Shown here: one piece after another, positions 10,140-20,178 of the stretch
Layout: each line of letters begins with the position of its first letter
Numbering within the stretch: position 1 is the stretch's first letter
Assembly: GCA_963727455.1 (NCBI GenBank)
Contig: CAVSGG010000009.1
Location: 192,001-256,000, forward strand
Reading direction: 5' to 3'
Source: Candidatus Krumholzibacteriota bacterium
GTDB lineage: Bacteria > Krumholzibacteriota > Krumholzibacteriia > JAJRXK01
Length of the DNA stretch: 64,000 bases
Program-made: the position numbers and the translations under genes
The notes under the pieces: generated by a model
What the model saw: only the letters and a program-made list of their open reading frames with translations
The model's database searches: none
What the model was told of the DNA's origin: nothing

Positions 10140-11595
10140 TCAGCCCGATGTAGCTCTCAGTTCGAACTCGACACTTCGGTCGCGCGCAGCGTCCCTGCGC
10201 ATTCTTTTGCTCGCGCTGATCGCCGTCTGCTTGCCGGGGATGCTCTGTTTCACTTCCGCGCGGGCGGAAGCACCCACTTTGAAGCTGCCGGAGTACCAGA
10301 CCCGCAAGCTGGACAACGGAATGACGCTCCTGCTCATGAAGCACGGCGAAGAGCCACTGGTGAATTTCGAGATGTGGATCCTGGATGGCTCGGCCGCGGA
10401 TCCCACGAAGCACGCGGGGCTGGCCTCTCTGTGCGCCGAGTCGCTGCGCAAGGGCGCGGGCGATCGTGACGCCGCCGCGTTCGCCGAAGCCCTGGATTTC
10501 CTCGGCGCGAATTTGACGACGGGAGTCGATCACGATCGCACGGCCATTTCGTTCCAGTGCCTCAGCAAGGATTTCGACGAAGGGCTGGCTCTCTTCGCCG
10601 ATGCCGTGCTCAGGCCGAGCTTCGACTCACATGAAATCGAGAAGCTGGCGCAGCAGATGTCCGAGAACGTGAGCCAGGCCAAGGACAATCCCCGTTTCGT
10701 ACTCGGCGAGTACCACGACGCTCATCTCTACGGAGACCACCCCTACGGCCAACCCGTCGACGGAACCGAGAAGAGCCTGGTGGGAGTGAAAGCGGAGGAC
10801 CTCCGCTCCTTCTATCGCGATCACTATGGCGCTGACCGCGCCGTCCTGGCCGTGGTGGGGAACTTCGATATGGACCATGCGGCGAGCCTCCTTCAGAAGA
10901 CCTTTGCGGGCATGCCGGCGGCGCGAGTCGCGCGAACCAAAGTGCCGGCCCCCAAGCCCGTGAAGGGGCGAGAGGTGTTGCTGGTGAACAAGCCCGATAC
11001 TCCGCAGACCTGGTTCCATATCGGCAGTCTCGGTCCCAAATGGGGCGATCCGGATTACGCGGCGGTGGAGCTCGTGCGTACGGTTTTCGGAGGACGTTTC
11101 ACCTCCTGGCTCAACACCAAGCTGCGCATCGAAAGCGGCCTCTCTTACGGCGCGGGCTACACCATCGACCGCAGACGGCAGGCGGGATCGGCCTACATCT
11201 CCTCCTTTACCGCCAAGGAAACGACGGAGAAGGCCCTCGATCTGGCTCTGCAGACCCTGAAGCGTCTGCACGAGAAGGGCCTCGACCAGGACGAGCTGAA
11301 CTCGGCCAGGGCCTACCTGAAAGGGCAGACGCCTTACCGCTACGAGTCGAATGGCTCTCTAGCTCGGGTCCTGTGCCTCATCACCGCATATGATTTGGGA
11401 CGGGAGTTCGTGGATGGCAGGTTCGCCGCGCTGGATGAAGTATCACTCGACGATTGCAAGGCGGCGATCGCGAGGTGGTATCCCGAGGAGAATCTCTCGT
11501 TCACCTGTATTGGCGTCGCGAGCGAAGTGAAGGACGTGTTGGCCAAGTACGGTAAGTTGCGCGTGCGCGAAAACGACGAGCCGGGATTCCACTGA
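10126..11595 (+). CDS. M16 peptidase non-catalytic partner subunit
   Basis: M16 fold without HxxEH; LRIESGLSY motif; overlaps the previous gene. Confidence 0.9.
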   Translation: MRRSSQPDVALSSNSTLRSRAASLRILLLALIAVCLPGMLCFTSARAEAPTLKLPEYQTRKLDNGMTLLLMKHGEEPLVNFEMWILDGSAADPTKHAGLASLCAESLRKGAGDRDAAAFAEALDFLGANLTTGVDHDRTAISFQCLSKDFDEGLALFADAVLRPSFDSHEIEKLAQQMSENVSQAKDNPRFVLGEYHDAHLYGDHPYGQPVDGTEKSLVGVKAEDLRSFYRDHYGADRAVLAVVGNFDMDHAASLLQKTFAGMPAARVARTKVPAPKPVKGREVLLVNKPDTPQTWFHIGSLGPKWGDPDYAAVELVRTVFGGRFTSWLNTKLRIESGLSYGAGYTIDRRRQAGSAYISSFTAKETTEKALDLALQTLKRLHEKGLDQDELNSARAYLKGQTPYRYESNGSLARVLCLITAYDLGREFVDGRFAALDEVSLDDCKAAIARWYPEENLSFTCIGVASEVKDVLAKYGKLRVRENDEPGFH

Positions 11596-11602
11596 GACCG
11601 AG

Positions 11603-11977
11603 TCAGGCCTCGATGGATTGCGGACGCTGGTCGTCGCCGACATTGACGTAGACCACGCGGGCTTCGGTCACCAGTACCGATTTTCGAAGGTCCTCGCACT
11701 GCGCGTGGACTCGCACCACCACGGTGATCGAGGTGCGTCCGATCTTCTCCACTTCGGCGTAGAAACTCACGAGGTCCCCCACGCGAACCGGTTCGTGAAA
11801 TTCGATCTGATCCATGGCGACAGTAACCACTTTGCGGCAGCCGGCCCGATGCGCCGCCACCGCTCCGGCCTGGTCGATGTAGGAGAGAATGATGCCACCG
11901 AAAATGGTGCCATGGGCGTTGGTGTCACGCGGCATCATCAGGACTCGGATCTCGGGTTCGTTTCTTTCCGTCTTCAT
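11603..11977 (-). CDS. Acyl-CoA thioesterase (hotdog fold, YciA-like)
   Basis: DTNAHGTIFGG, IGRTSITV. Confidence 0.92.
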   Translation of the reverse strand: MKTERNEPEIRVLMMPRDTNAHGTIFGGIILSYIDQAGAVAAHRAGCRKVVTVAMDQIEFHEPVRVGDLVSFYAEVEKIGRTSITVVVRVHAQCEDLRKSVLVTEARVVYVNVGDDQRPQSIEA

Positions 11978-12164
11978 GGCGCACTCAGCCTAGAGTTTCC
12001 GCGCCCCGCCGGCAAGTGTGGATCGAGGGGGGACCGCTTCGCGGCGAGGAGTGTGGCCAGCCTCCGCGCTTGGGCATATCATGCCCGCTGGTATCTCTTA
12101 CGACTGCCCATTGCGCGCGAGCCGAACCCCCTTGGGCTCTCGCGGAAAGCTCATGGATGGAGGC

Positions 12165-12653
12165 ATGACGATGACGGAGTTGATGATCGGCCGCAAGGCA
12201 CCCGCGTTCACCGCCAAGGACACTGACGGAAAAAGCGTATCTCTGAACAAGGATATCGTGGGCAAGCCCGCGGTCATCTACTTCTATCCCAAGGACGACA
12301 CTCCGGGATGCACGAAGGAGGCTTGCTCCATTCGGGACCAGTGGTCCGAGCTGAAACGCCGACGCATCCAGGTGTACGGAATCTCTCCGGACGATGCGGA
12401 GAGCCACGCGAAGTTCCGCGACAAGTTCAAGCTCCCCTTCCCCCTGCTCTGCGATCCCGGCCACAAGATCGCCGAGAAATACGGAGCCTGGGGTGAGAAG
12501 AACATGTACGGCAAGAAAAGCCTTGGTATCAAGCGCAGCACCTTCCTTTTGGACAAGGAAGGTCGCATACAGCACATCTGGAAAAAGCCGGACGTGAAGC
12601 GGCACGCAGAGCAGATTCTCGAGAAGCTCGATGAGATCAAAGCCAAGAAGTAG
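12165..12653 (+). CDS. bcp: Peroxiredoxin Q / BCP
   Basis: YFYPKDDTPGCTKEAC, RSTF. Confidence 0.93.
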   Translation: MTMTELMIGRKAPAFTAKDTDGKSVSLNKDIVGKPAVIYFYPKDDTPGCTKEACSIRDQWSELKRRRIQVYGISPDDAESHAKFRDKFKLPFPLLCDPGHKIAEKYGAWGEKNMYGKKSLGIKRSTFLLDKEGRIQHIWKKPDVKRHAEQILEKLDEIKAKK

Positions 12654-14517
12654 CCGCTTTGTGATGCTGTGCGAGGGCGCGCTGGCCGGCGCGCTCTTCG
12701 GAGTGCTCGACGCGCGCTGGGCAATTCAGGGGACGCATCCCCCGTTGCTCTCTCTCTCCGAGTGGTGGAGCACCTGGATCGTCGCGCTCGTCCTTGGCGC
12801 AACTTGGGGACTGGTCGCCGCATTCGTGCTCTCGCTTCTGGCGAGACGCGCGACGGCGGCCGTCCATGGCCTCACCGTGGGATTGGCCCTCTCTCCGTTG
12901 GTCTTCGCCGCGGTCTTCCTGCGCCTGCGCCCCCACTTCGGGCCCGAGGGCAGAATGGCCACCCTCGCTCTGGCCAGCGGGATCGCCACCTTGAGCCTCG
13001 CCCTGCCCGTCTTCTTGACGCCCACTTTGCGCCGCCGATTCTTGCTCCCCTTGGGCCTTGCCGCCGCCTTCGCGGCCACCCTCAGCGGCGTTCTCGAGGC
13101 TCCCCATGCGACGCAAGACACTTCCACCAAGGCTGAAGGAAATGCGAGTTCCTCCCCCTCGCTCCTTCTGATCACGCTCGACACGACGCGCTTCGATCAC
13201 CTGCCCCCCGAAGCGAAGTTCCTCGATCCCGAGGGCTTCCTGGAAGAACTCGATCACAAGGCCACGCGCTGGACCAACCTGACCGCGCCCATTCCCTTGA
13301 CCGGGCCCTCGCACAGCAGCCTTCTCACGGGACTCACACCACTCGAGCACGGAGCCCAGGACAACGGCTGGCCCATCCGGCCGGGGGTGAGAACTCTGGC
13401 GCAGCGGCTTCGTGAGCGAGGGTACCGTACCGCTGCGATCCTCTCGTCCGCGGTACTGCATCCCGACCTCTGTGGTCTGGACCGCGGCTTTCAGGTCTAC
13501 GACGATTCGTTCCGTCCCGCGGCGCCCATGCGGCGGCTCGCCGTCGTGGCCAGCGCCGAACGCATCGCCCGCTGGCTCACCCGGCGTTCCAGCGGACTGA
13601 GCCGCCAACGCCGCGCGCAGGAAACGGTGCAGAACGGTCTTCGTTTTTTGCGCCAGCGTACGAGCCAGCCCTTTTTTCTGTGGTTGCATTTCTACGACGC
13701 TCACGCGCCCTACGAGCCCCTGGGAGCCCCTCCCACTCCGGGCGTTCTGCCCGCGCTCGCGCGCGAACCAGAGTTGGGCGAAGACTCCGACTACTGGCAA
13801 AAACGTCAGGCCTACGCGCAGGAAATCGTGGAAGTGGATCAGGCGCTCACGCGCCTTGATCGCGAACTGGCGCGCATGGGCCTTCTCAAGCAAACGCTCA
13901 TCGTGGTGGTCACCGACCACGGCGAGAGTTTCGGCACACACGGTCACGGTTTCCGCTTCGACCACGGCGCCTACCTCTACGATGACGAGCTGCACCTCGC
14001 CGCGTGGTGGCTCGAACCGAAGACCGAAGAGCGGTCGCCAGGGATCGAAGCAGAGCGGAACGAAGGCAGCCAGGGGCCGCGCAGCATGGCGCGCGCGGTG
14101 GGCATGGATTCGCTGGGTCGCGCGCTGCTCGCGCGATTCTCGCTGCGAGCGGACAGTCTGGACTCCCGCGGCTTCAGCCTCTCGCACTCTTCGGTGGCCA
14201 ACGACACCCTGTGGTTCGATCTGCGCCGGCCCGATTCCAAGTTGATCGCGGGCCGCACCCCCTCCGGCGCGATTCTCTACGAAGCCTACGACCTGCGGAA
14301 CGATCCCGACGAGACCAGAAATCTTCTGGTGGATCTGAAGCCCCCGAGCCAGCACGACGAAGCGGTACTGGGGTCAAGAGACCGCGTGGAGTGGGAAGAG
14401 GACGAGACGATTCTCTCCAATTATGCCCAGCGAATCTTGAAAAGCCTGGAGCAACCCAGGCCACAGCTCTCCGAAAGCGCGCGCGCCCGCTTGAAGAGTC
14501 TGGGTTACGTGCGCTGA
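12631..14517 (+). CDS. Membrane-anchored alkaline-phosphatase/sulfatase-superfamily protein (Thr at the nucleophile position)
   Basis: N-terminal TM helices; LITLDTTR, LTGPSHSSLLTG, HFYDAHAPY, TDHGE, C-terminal LKSLGY. Confidence 0.82.
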   Translation: MRSKPRSSRFVMLCEGALAGALFGVLDARWAIQGTHPPLLSLSEWWSTWIVALVLGATWGLVAAFVLSLLARRATAAVHGLTVGLALSPLVFAAVFLRLRPHFGPEGRMATLALASGIATLSLALPVFLTPTLRRRFLLPLGLAAAFAATLSGVLEAPHATQDTSTKAEGNASSSPSLLLITLDTTRFDHLPPEAKFLDPEGFLEELDHKATRWTNLTAPIPLTGPSHSSLLTGLTPLEHGAQDNGWPIRPGVRTLAQRLRERGYRTAAILSSAVLHPDLCGLDRGFQVYDDSFRPAAPMRRLAVVASAERIARWLTRRSSGLSRQRRAQETVQNGLRFLRQRTSQPFFLWLHFYDAHAPYEPLGAPPTPGVLPALAREPELGEDSDYWQKRQAYAQEIVEVDQALTRLDRELARMGLLKQTLIVVVTDHGESFGTHGHGFRFDHGAYLYDDELHLAAWWLEPKTEERSPGIEAERNEGSQGPRSMARAVGMDSLGRALLARFSLRADSLDSRGFSLSHSSVANDTLWFDLRRPDSKLIAGRTPSGAILYEAYDLRNDPDETRNLLVDLKPPSQHDEAVLGSRDRVEWEEDETILSNYAQRILKSLEQPRPQLSESARARLKSLGYVR

Positions 14518-14534
14518 AGCGGGCTACAGCACGC

Positions 14535-15368
14535 TCAGCGTTCGCGCTTCACCGGCTCCAGGTACTGGTAACTTCCAGTGACGAGAATCTCCGCCAGAAG
14601 GGGAATGGCGCCCAGAACTCCCGCACCCAGTACGGGGGTGCCGTAGCGCAGCGCGAAACTCGGTCTCAGTAGGTAGTGATCTTGATGCGCGGCGCGAAGC
14701 CCCGCTGCGCGTGCCGCCCTTCTCAAGGAGGAAAGGGTGAGGCGCGTGGCGCGGATCCTCTCGATCTCCTCCCATTGCGGATCATCGGTGCCGTCGGCGC
14801 TTCTGGCCAGACTCCTGAAGAGCTCGCGCGGCAGACAGTGCGCCCACGGCAAGCGCGCCAGCGGGAGTCCAAGTCGAGTGGGAGGATGCAGGAGTTGTTG
14901 ATGCCCACCGAAGGGAGAGTAGTACGGGGGGAACACCACCACGATTCCTCCCGTCTCGGCCAAGAGCGCTCGGCAATTGGAGAGAGCTTTTTCTCGCGCG
15001 GGAATGTGCTCCAAAACGTCGCGGAAGAGAATGAGGTCGAAGGGGCCGGGCAGATTCGAGAGACTGGCGGCATCGGTGACGTCGGCCAGTTCGAGTCGCA
15101 GCCGCAAGCCTTCCGCCTCCACCTGACGAAGCGCGCCCTGCAGGCGTCTCGGCTCGATTTCGATGCCGCACAGTCGAGCGCCCGCCTGGGCCAGGGCGAT
15201 CGCGGCTCCCCCGTCTCCGCAGCCGACATCGAGGATGCGCAACCCCTCGTGCCACCTGCCCCAGCGCCGCAGAGCGGGAAGGAGGGCCTCCCTCGTCAAG
15301 CGAATCTGGTATTCGCGATAATAGCTCGTCCAGTCGGCGAAGTCCTGGAGCCGAAGTCGTGTGGACAT
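14535..15368 (-). CDS. Class I SAM-dependent methyltransferase
   Basis: ILDVGCGDG, FDLI..DVLEHI. Confidence 0.88.
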   Translation of the reverse strand: MSTRLRLQDFADWTSYYREYQIRLTREALLPALRRWGRWHEGLRILDVGCGDGGAAIALAQAGARLCGIEIEPRRLQGALRQVEAEGLRLRLELADVTDAASLSNLPGPFDLILFRDVLEHIPAREKALSNCRALLAETGGIVVVFPPYYSPFGGHQQLLHPPTRLGLPLARLPWAHCLPRELFRSLARSADGTDDPQWEEIERIRATRLTLSSLRRAARAAGLRAAHQDHYLLRPSFALRYGTPVLGAGVLGAIPLLAEILVTGSYQYLEPVKRER

Positions 15369-15558
15369 GAATGGCATCTTGGCGCAAAGCCCAGGCGGGT
15401 TCAAGCAGGAGCCAAGGGTGGTGCTTGTCGTTCTCTGCCGCTGCGGCTAAGTTCAACCGGAGCTGGGGATGAAGCTGCGGCGGGCACGATCCATCCGCCC
15501 TTCGTCCCGGTCTCTCACTCCTCCCACCCATTCCCCTTCGAGGTTTTCCGCGGTGAGC

Positions 15559-16152
15559 ATGTCCGATCTCGAGCTCGAATACGTGCGACAGGGGATTCGC
15601 TCCAGCATCGAAGTGAAGCAGTCTCTGCTGGATCAGGCGGAGACCATCGCCGCGATGGCCAAGGCGGTCGCCGACGCCCTGGGAAGGGGGGGCTCACTGC
15701 TGGCCTTTGGTAACGGTGGCAGCGCCGCCGATGCGCAGCACATTGCCGCCGAACTCAGCGGCCGCTTCGAACGGGAACGCCCGCCTCTGTCGGCCGAAGC
15801 ACTCACCGTGAATTCCAGCGCGCTCACCGCCATCGGCAATGACTACGGTTTCGAGGAAATCTTCGCGCGCCAACTGCAGGGACGGGCCCGGCCGGGGGAC
15901 ATCGCACTGGGCATCTCCACCAGCGGGAACAGCCCCAATGTCTTGAGCGCTCTCAGGCTGGCCAAGTCGATGGGACTGCGCAGATTGGGAATGACGGGAA
16001 TTGGTGGCGGAAAAATGGCGAGCGAGGGACTCTGCGATCATCTCCTGATGGTCCCCAGTTCGAACACCGCCCGGATCCAGGAATGCCACATCCTGGTGGG
16101 TCATCTTCTCTGCGGATGGCTCGAGCGAGAACTTCACGGCCATACGAAATGA
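15559..16152 (+). CDS. gmhA: D-sedoheptulose-7-phosphate isomerase
   Basis: GNGGSAADAQH, NDYG, STSGNS, RIQECH. Confidence 0.95.
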   Translation: MSDLELEYVRQGIRSSIEVKQSLLDQAETIAAMAKAVADALGRGGSLLAFGNGGSAADAQHIAAELSGRFERERPPLSAEALTVNSSALTAIGNDYGFEEIFARQLQGRARPGDIALGISTSGNSPNVLSALRLAKSMGLRRLGMTGIGGGKMASEGLCDHLLMVPSSNTARIQECHILVGHLLCGWLERELHGHTK

Positions 16153-17366
16153 TGAGATCCCGGTGGTTCGTTCTCTTCGCCCTGCCGATCTACGCGTTCG
16201 CCATCGCCGCTCCCCTCTCCGTCGCTGTTGGAGCAATCTGCGCCGGGACGCTGGCCGCCTTTGCCCTCGCGCGTTGCTTCCTGAGCCCGCGGCCCAAGGG
16301 CGCCGTACCACGATCCCTCGTCCTGGTTCTCCTCGCCTACTACCTCGCTCACCTCTGCGCGACCGTGTTCGCGGCTCCCTACCCCAGTAACTGGAGCAAG
16401 CTACTGGGTGAAATGTGGCTCAAGCTGTTGCTGGTTTCGGTGCCTCTTGCGGCCTTCGGTCAGGTCGACCACGTCCGGCGCGCGGTCAAGCTCCTCCTTC
16501 TGGTCGGCGCCGGGGTCGCCGTGTACGGGATTTGGCAACACTTCAGCGGAATCGATTGGTGGCACCATCGCCCCGCCCCCATGACCGGGGGCCAGTACAT
16601 GTCGGTGGCCTTCTTCGGCCATCATCTGACCTACGGCGGCCACGTCATGCTGCTGTTCATCGTGTCGGCGTCCTGGGCTCTCCTCAGCCGCGACACAAAA
16701 CGACTCGAGCGCGCGCTTTCGATCTGCGCGACGGCCTTCACCGGCCTGGCTCTGCTGTGGTCCTTCGCGCGCAGCGCCCAGATCGGAGCACTTGTCGGAA
16801 TTCTCGTCCTCGGCATCGCTCTGCCCCGGCGCCACAAGTGGTTCGCTCTGGCTCCTCTTTTGGCGATGGGCGTGGCCCTCCTCGCCACCCCCGCCCTCAT
16901 GGCGCGTGTGACGGCGCTCTTTCAGCCGGGCGCCGAAGAGACGCGCAGAAACCTCTGGAGCTCCTCGGTGCACGGAATTCTCGCGCGGCCCTGGCTGGGT
17001 TTCGGGCCGGGGAATTTCAGCCGCATGATGCAGAGCTATGAAGTCCCGGGCTTCTACGACACGAAGTCCCACGCACACAACGACTTCCTGATGCACGGGG
17101 TCAATGCCGGCCTGGTGGGACTTTTGGCCGCCCTCGCGCTCTTGATCCTCAGCATGGTTCTCTTGTGGAAAGCGCGCCGCGGCGCGGGCCGCGAGGCCTG
17201 GATCCTCACCGGGGTCTTCGCCTGCCAGGCCGGGATCTCGATCGCGGGGCTTTTTCAGGTCTACCAGACCGACGACGAGGTGGAGATGCTGCTCTATTTC
17301 CTCCTGGGAGCGGCCTTCGCCCTGGCCGCGCGACGCCACCAGCCCTCGCCGCCGGACAGCCCCTGA
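16149..17366 (+). CDS. O-antigen ligase (WaaL)/Wzy-like membrane protein
   Basis: Multi-TM protein; RPWLGFGPGNF and HAHNDFL motifs. Confidence 0.85.
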   Translation: MMRSRWFVLFALPIYAFAIAAPLSVAVGAICAGTLAAFALARCFLSPRPKGAVPRSLVLVLLAYYLAHLCATVFAAPYPSNWSKLLGEMWLKLLLVSVPLAAFGQVDHVRRAVKLLLLVGAGVAVYGIWQHFSGIDWWHHRPAPMTGGQYMSVAFFGHHLTYGGHVMLLFIVSASWALLSRDTKRLERALSICATAFTGLALLWSFARSAQIGALVGILVLGIALPRRHKWFALAPLLAMGVALLATPALMARVTALFQPGAEETRRNLWSSSVHGILARPWLGFGPGNFSRMMQSYEVPGFYDTKSHAHNDFLMHGVNAGLVGLLAALALLILSMVLLWKARRGAGREAWILTGVFACQAGISIAGLFQVYQTDDEVEMLLYFLLGAAFALAARRHQPSPPDSP

Positions 17367-17491
17367 CCGCCCGCCTCGCGGGCTGGCTCCCTCTCATCCA
17401 CCCTCCTGTCCCGCGCCCTCGCCGGAGCCGTTCTTTCCGGCTGATTCCCACGAAGATTCTCTGACCGCGCACTCGGCATCCGCCTTGCTGG

Positions 17492-18427
17492 ATGGCGCTG
17501 TGCCCGGGGCTTCCCTCGCCATCTCCTCCCCCGAGGGAGCGGATGTGCCCCGGGCGAAACATTTTCAAAACGGGGATGGGAACGATGCCGTGCCGAGCTG
17601 CCGCGAGATTGGATGGACCGGGAATTCTGGCCAGCGTGAACCCGCCACGACAGAGCAGCAGCTTCAAACCTTCGATCATCGCCACCGTAGCTTGTGGCAC
17701 CCCGATTTTGCGCGGCGCGGACCTGATACGCGTGGATGCGTCCCACGGAACACTGGCTGAAATTACCCGCACCCGAGCTTCCTACTCCTGTCCCGTCATC
17801 CTGGACCTGCCTGGTCCGTCGAGTCACGCGCGCACCAGCCTTCTCACCACGAGTGAATTTTTGATCTTCGCCTCGGCCGAGGGTTTCGATTGGATCACCC
17901 TGAATGGCGTGCGGGAACTCCGCGAGCTCCAGCACGCGCGCGAGCTTCTTTTGCCCTCGATTCAAATCGCGAGCTGCGTCTCGATGCCCGATGAACTCGG
18001 TGACACCCAGCTGGAGTCGATCGTGGCCGCCAGCGATGCCCTGGTTCTTCCTTACGGAGAGCTCGTGGCGAGAAGCGGGGGGGATCGGGCGCGTCAACAG
18101 GTGGGACGGGCCCTGGTTGCGTGCGCGAGACGACGCCGGCCCCTCCTGCTCTCGGGGGGACTCTTGAGCACCATGGTGGATTCCAGAATGCCGGAGATCT
18201 CGCAACTGGAGTGGATTGGCGAATTCGCCAACGCCGGCTGCGCCGGCTTCATCCTCACCGAGGAGACCGCCGCCTCCCCCCACGCGCAACTTTGCGTCGA
18301 TACCCTCGAGTTCGTGCTGGCTCCCCTCACGGCGACGGTCTGCCGGCGCCAGGCCGGCTTCGCGCGGGTCGCGGCCGCCCCCGGACTCTTCACTGAGGCA
18401 GCCGCAACGCAAGCCGAAGAAGAGTAG
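17492..18427 (+). CDS. Degenerate pyruvate-kinase barrel-only protein (true start probably later)
   Basis: IIATV, RVDASHG, ILDLPGP, ASDALVLPYGEL and ILTEETA align in order with PK motifs; B and C domains absent. Confidence 0.65.
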   Translation: MALCPGLPSPSPPPRERMCPGRNIFKTGMGTMPCRAAARLDGPGILASVNPPRQSSSFKPSIIATVACGTPILRGADLIRVDASHGTLAEITRTRASYSCPVILDLPGPSSHARTSLLTTSEFLIFASAEGFDWITLNGVRELRELQHARELLLPSIQIASCVSMPDELGDTQLESIVAASDALVLPYGELVARSGGDRARQQVGRALVACARRRRPLLLSGGLLSTMVDSRMPEISQLEWIGEFANAGCAGFILTEETAASPHAQLCVDTLEFVLAPLTATVCRRQAGFARVAAAPGLFTEAAATQAEEE

Positions 18428-18443
18428 CCGGAGTCCGAGATTT

Positions 18444-19520
18444 TCAGCTGAAGAGGCCTTCGCGCGCGCCGCACTGCGCTCCCAGAAGCTTGAGGGCCTG
18501 CACGGCGCGTCGTACCGAATTTCCATCCACCGGCCCCAAGATCTCGCGTGAAGCGGCCTTGGGCGCGCGCATCATCTCGATCGGTTCACAGCGCAGCCAA
18601 GCGCGCGCGCGGGCCAGTTGGTCCCTGTCCTCCACCCACTCGAAAGCTCGCAGGGCCCGGGCCAGCGGCGTCTCTCTCTCGCTGAAGCTCCCTCTGGGAT
18701 GGCACGATCCCAGACCAAGAGCTGGCCGGCCCAGAGCGGCCGCCCGCAAGAGTGTCGTACCTGCTTCAGCCAGAACGAGATCGCTGGCGGCGAGAAGCTC
18801 GGCCTCGGGAATTTTCCGATCGGCGAGGTAGATCCCGGGGCCCGCGAGGGCTGCCCCGAAGGGACGTGGATCGAGCAGACGCCGCGCGGTGGAGCAGCTC
18901 AGGACCAGATCCGCCTCGACCCTGAGGGAGGCCAGGGCCTGGGTCATGGCTCGGATGCCCTCGCTTGCGGCTTCGGCTCGCAGCAAGATCAGGGGACGGC
19001 AGCTGTCGGCGGAGAGTCCCAGTGCGTAGCGGGCGCGACTGCGCGCGCCCGGCTGCAGGGCGGTGTCCAGCGCAGGATCGCCGATGACGACCTTCGCGCG
19101 GGAGGGGTCCTCGTCGCACAGCGAGGGTCCGGATACGAGAGTGAGGGTGGCGGACGGGATTCTCCCGGGAATGCCGGGATCGCGCCACTCCACCAGGGCG
19201 CCTCGCTCCCGCAGCCAGGCGCGGAGACTGGACTCGGGCACTTCTCCTTGACTCACCAGGAGGTCGAATTCGCCTTGGGGTTCGCTCAGCGGCTCGAGTC
19301 CGTGTTCGAAGGCGCTGCGCAGCACTTCCGCGCGCGGATTCAGCTCTCGGGAAGGCCAGCGGCCCTTGGCGACGAGAATCCTCGAGCCGGGGGTTCGGCG
19401 CAGCACGGCTTCGAAAGATTCGAGTTGTTCGGGAAGAGTGACCAGAAAGCCGGTACGCATGCGGATCGCGAACGCGCCCGTCCCCACGACGGGACCGCGC
19501 TCATCCGGTGCTGCTTTCAA
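18444..19520 (-). CDS. Putative GT-B fold protein (CDP-glycerol glycerophosphotransferase-like)
   Basis: VIGDPALD, ELLAASDLVL, DGNSVRRAV; glycan-cluster context. Confidence 0.5.
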   Translation of the reverse strand: MKAAPDERGPVVGTGAFAIRMRTGFLVTLPEQLESFEAVLRRTPGSRILVAKGRWPSRELNPRAEVLRSAFEHGLEPLSEPQGEFDLLVSQGEVPESSLRAWLRERGALVEWRDPGIPGRIPSATLTLVSGPSLCDEDPSRAKVVIGDPALDTALQPGARSRARYALGLSADSCRPLILLRAEAASEGIRAMTQALASLRVEADLVLSCSTARRLLDPRPFGAALAGPGIYLADRKIPEAELLAASDLVLAEAGTTLLRAAALGRPALGLGSCHPRGSFSERETPLARALRAFEWVEDRDQLARARAWLRCEPIEMMRAPKAASREILGPVDGNSVRRAVQALKLLGAQCGAREGLFS

Positions 19521-19551
19521 GAATGGTGCCGTCTGGATCCCAGCCGGGAAA

Positions 19552-20037
19552 CTAGCCGTGGTACAAGACGCGCGCGGGGACTCCCGCGACCACTTCCTTG
19601 GCCGCCACGTCCCGCGTGACCACGGCGCCGGCTCCGATCACCGCGCCTTTGCCCACGTGGATGCCGCCCATGATGATGGCACCCGAACCGATGGAAACCT
19701 GATCGCCGATCTCGGTGGGCACGAAGCGATCCGCCCAGTCCTTCTCCTGTTCGGGTTTCCCACTGGGAGTCACCGCGCGCGGATGGAGATCGTTGATGAA
19801 AATGACGCCGTGACCGACGAAGCAACCGTCTCCGATGTGAACCCCTTCACAGATGAAGGTGTGAGAGCTGATCTTGCAGTAGCGTCCGATGACCGCGCCC
19901 TTCTGGATTTCCACGAAGGTGCCGATGCGGGATTCGTCTCCGATCTTGCAGCCGTAGAGATTCACGAAGCGATAGATCTTCACGTCCTTACCCAAGACGA
20001 CATCGTCTGCAATGCTCACGAATTCCAAGATCGTCAC
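19552..20037 (-). CDS. Hexapeptide-repeat sugar N-acetyltransferase (WbpD/WxcM-like)
   Basis: CKISSHTFICEGVHIGD, FIND, IGAGAVVTRDV, GVPAR. Confidence 0.9.
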   Translation of the reverse strand: MTILEFVSIADDVVLGKDVKIYRFVNLYGCKIGDESRIGTFVEIQKGAVIGRYCKISSHTFICEGVHIGDGCFVGHGVIFINDLHPRAVTPSGKPEQEKDWADRFVPTEIGDQVSIGSGAIIMGGIHVGKGAVIGAGAVVTRDVAAKEVVAGVPARVLYHG

Positions 20038-20145
20038 CTTCTCTCGAGTTTGCTCTCATCCCAGCGCCCTTCGCGCCATCTTCTTCGTGATTCAAACCGC
20101 GTGCTGCTTCGAGAATAAACGGCTGGCCGCGGGGAAGCGAGTAGC

Positions 20146-20178
20146 AAAAAAAAGCGAGGTGAGCCTCGCTCACCTCGC
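20146..20178 (-). terminator. Intrinsic terminator
   Basis: Perfect 11-bp stem GCGAGGTGAGC/GCTCACCTCGC (20154-20178) followed by U8 on the minus strand (A8 at 20146-20153). Confidence 0.85.

Noticed and set aside
8556-14355. Long antisense ORFs (for example 8556-10121 and 12637-14355; likewise 20783-22420 and 50453-51952)
   Set aside because: Shadow frames of well-supported genes in GC-rich DNA
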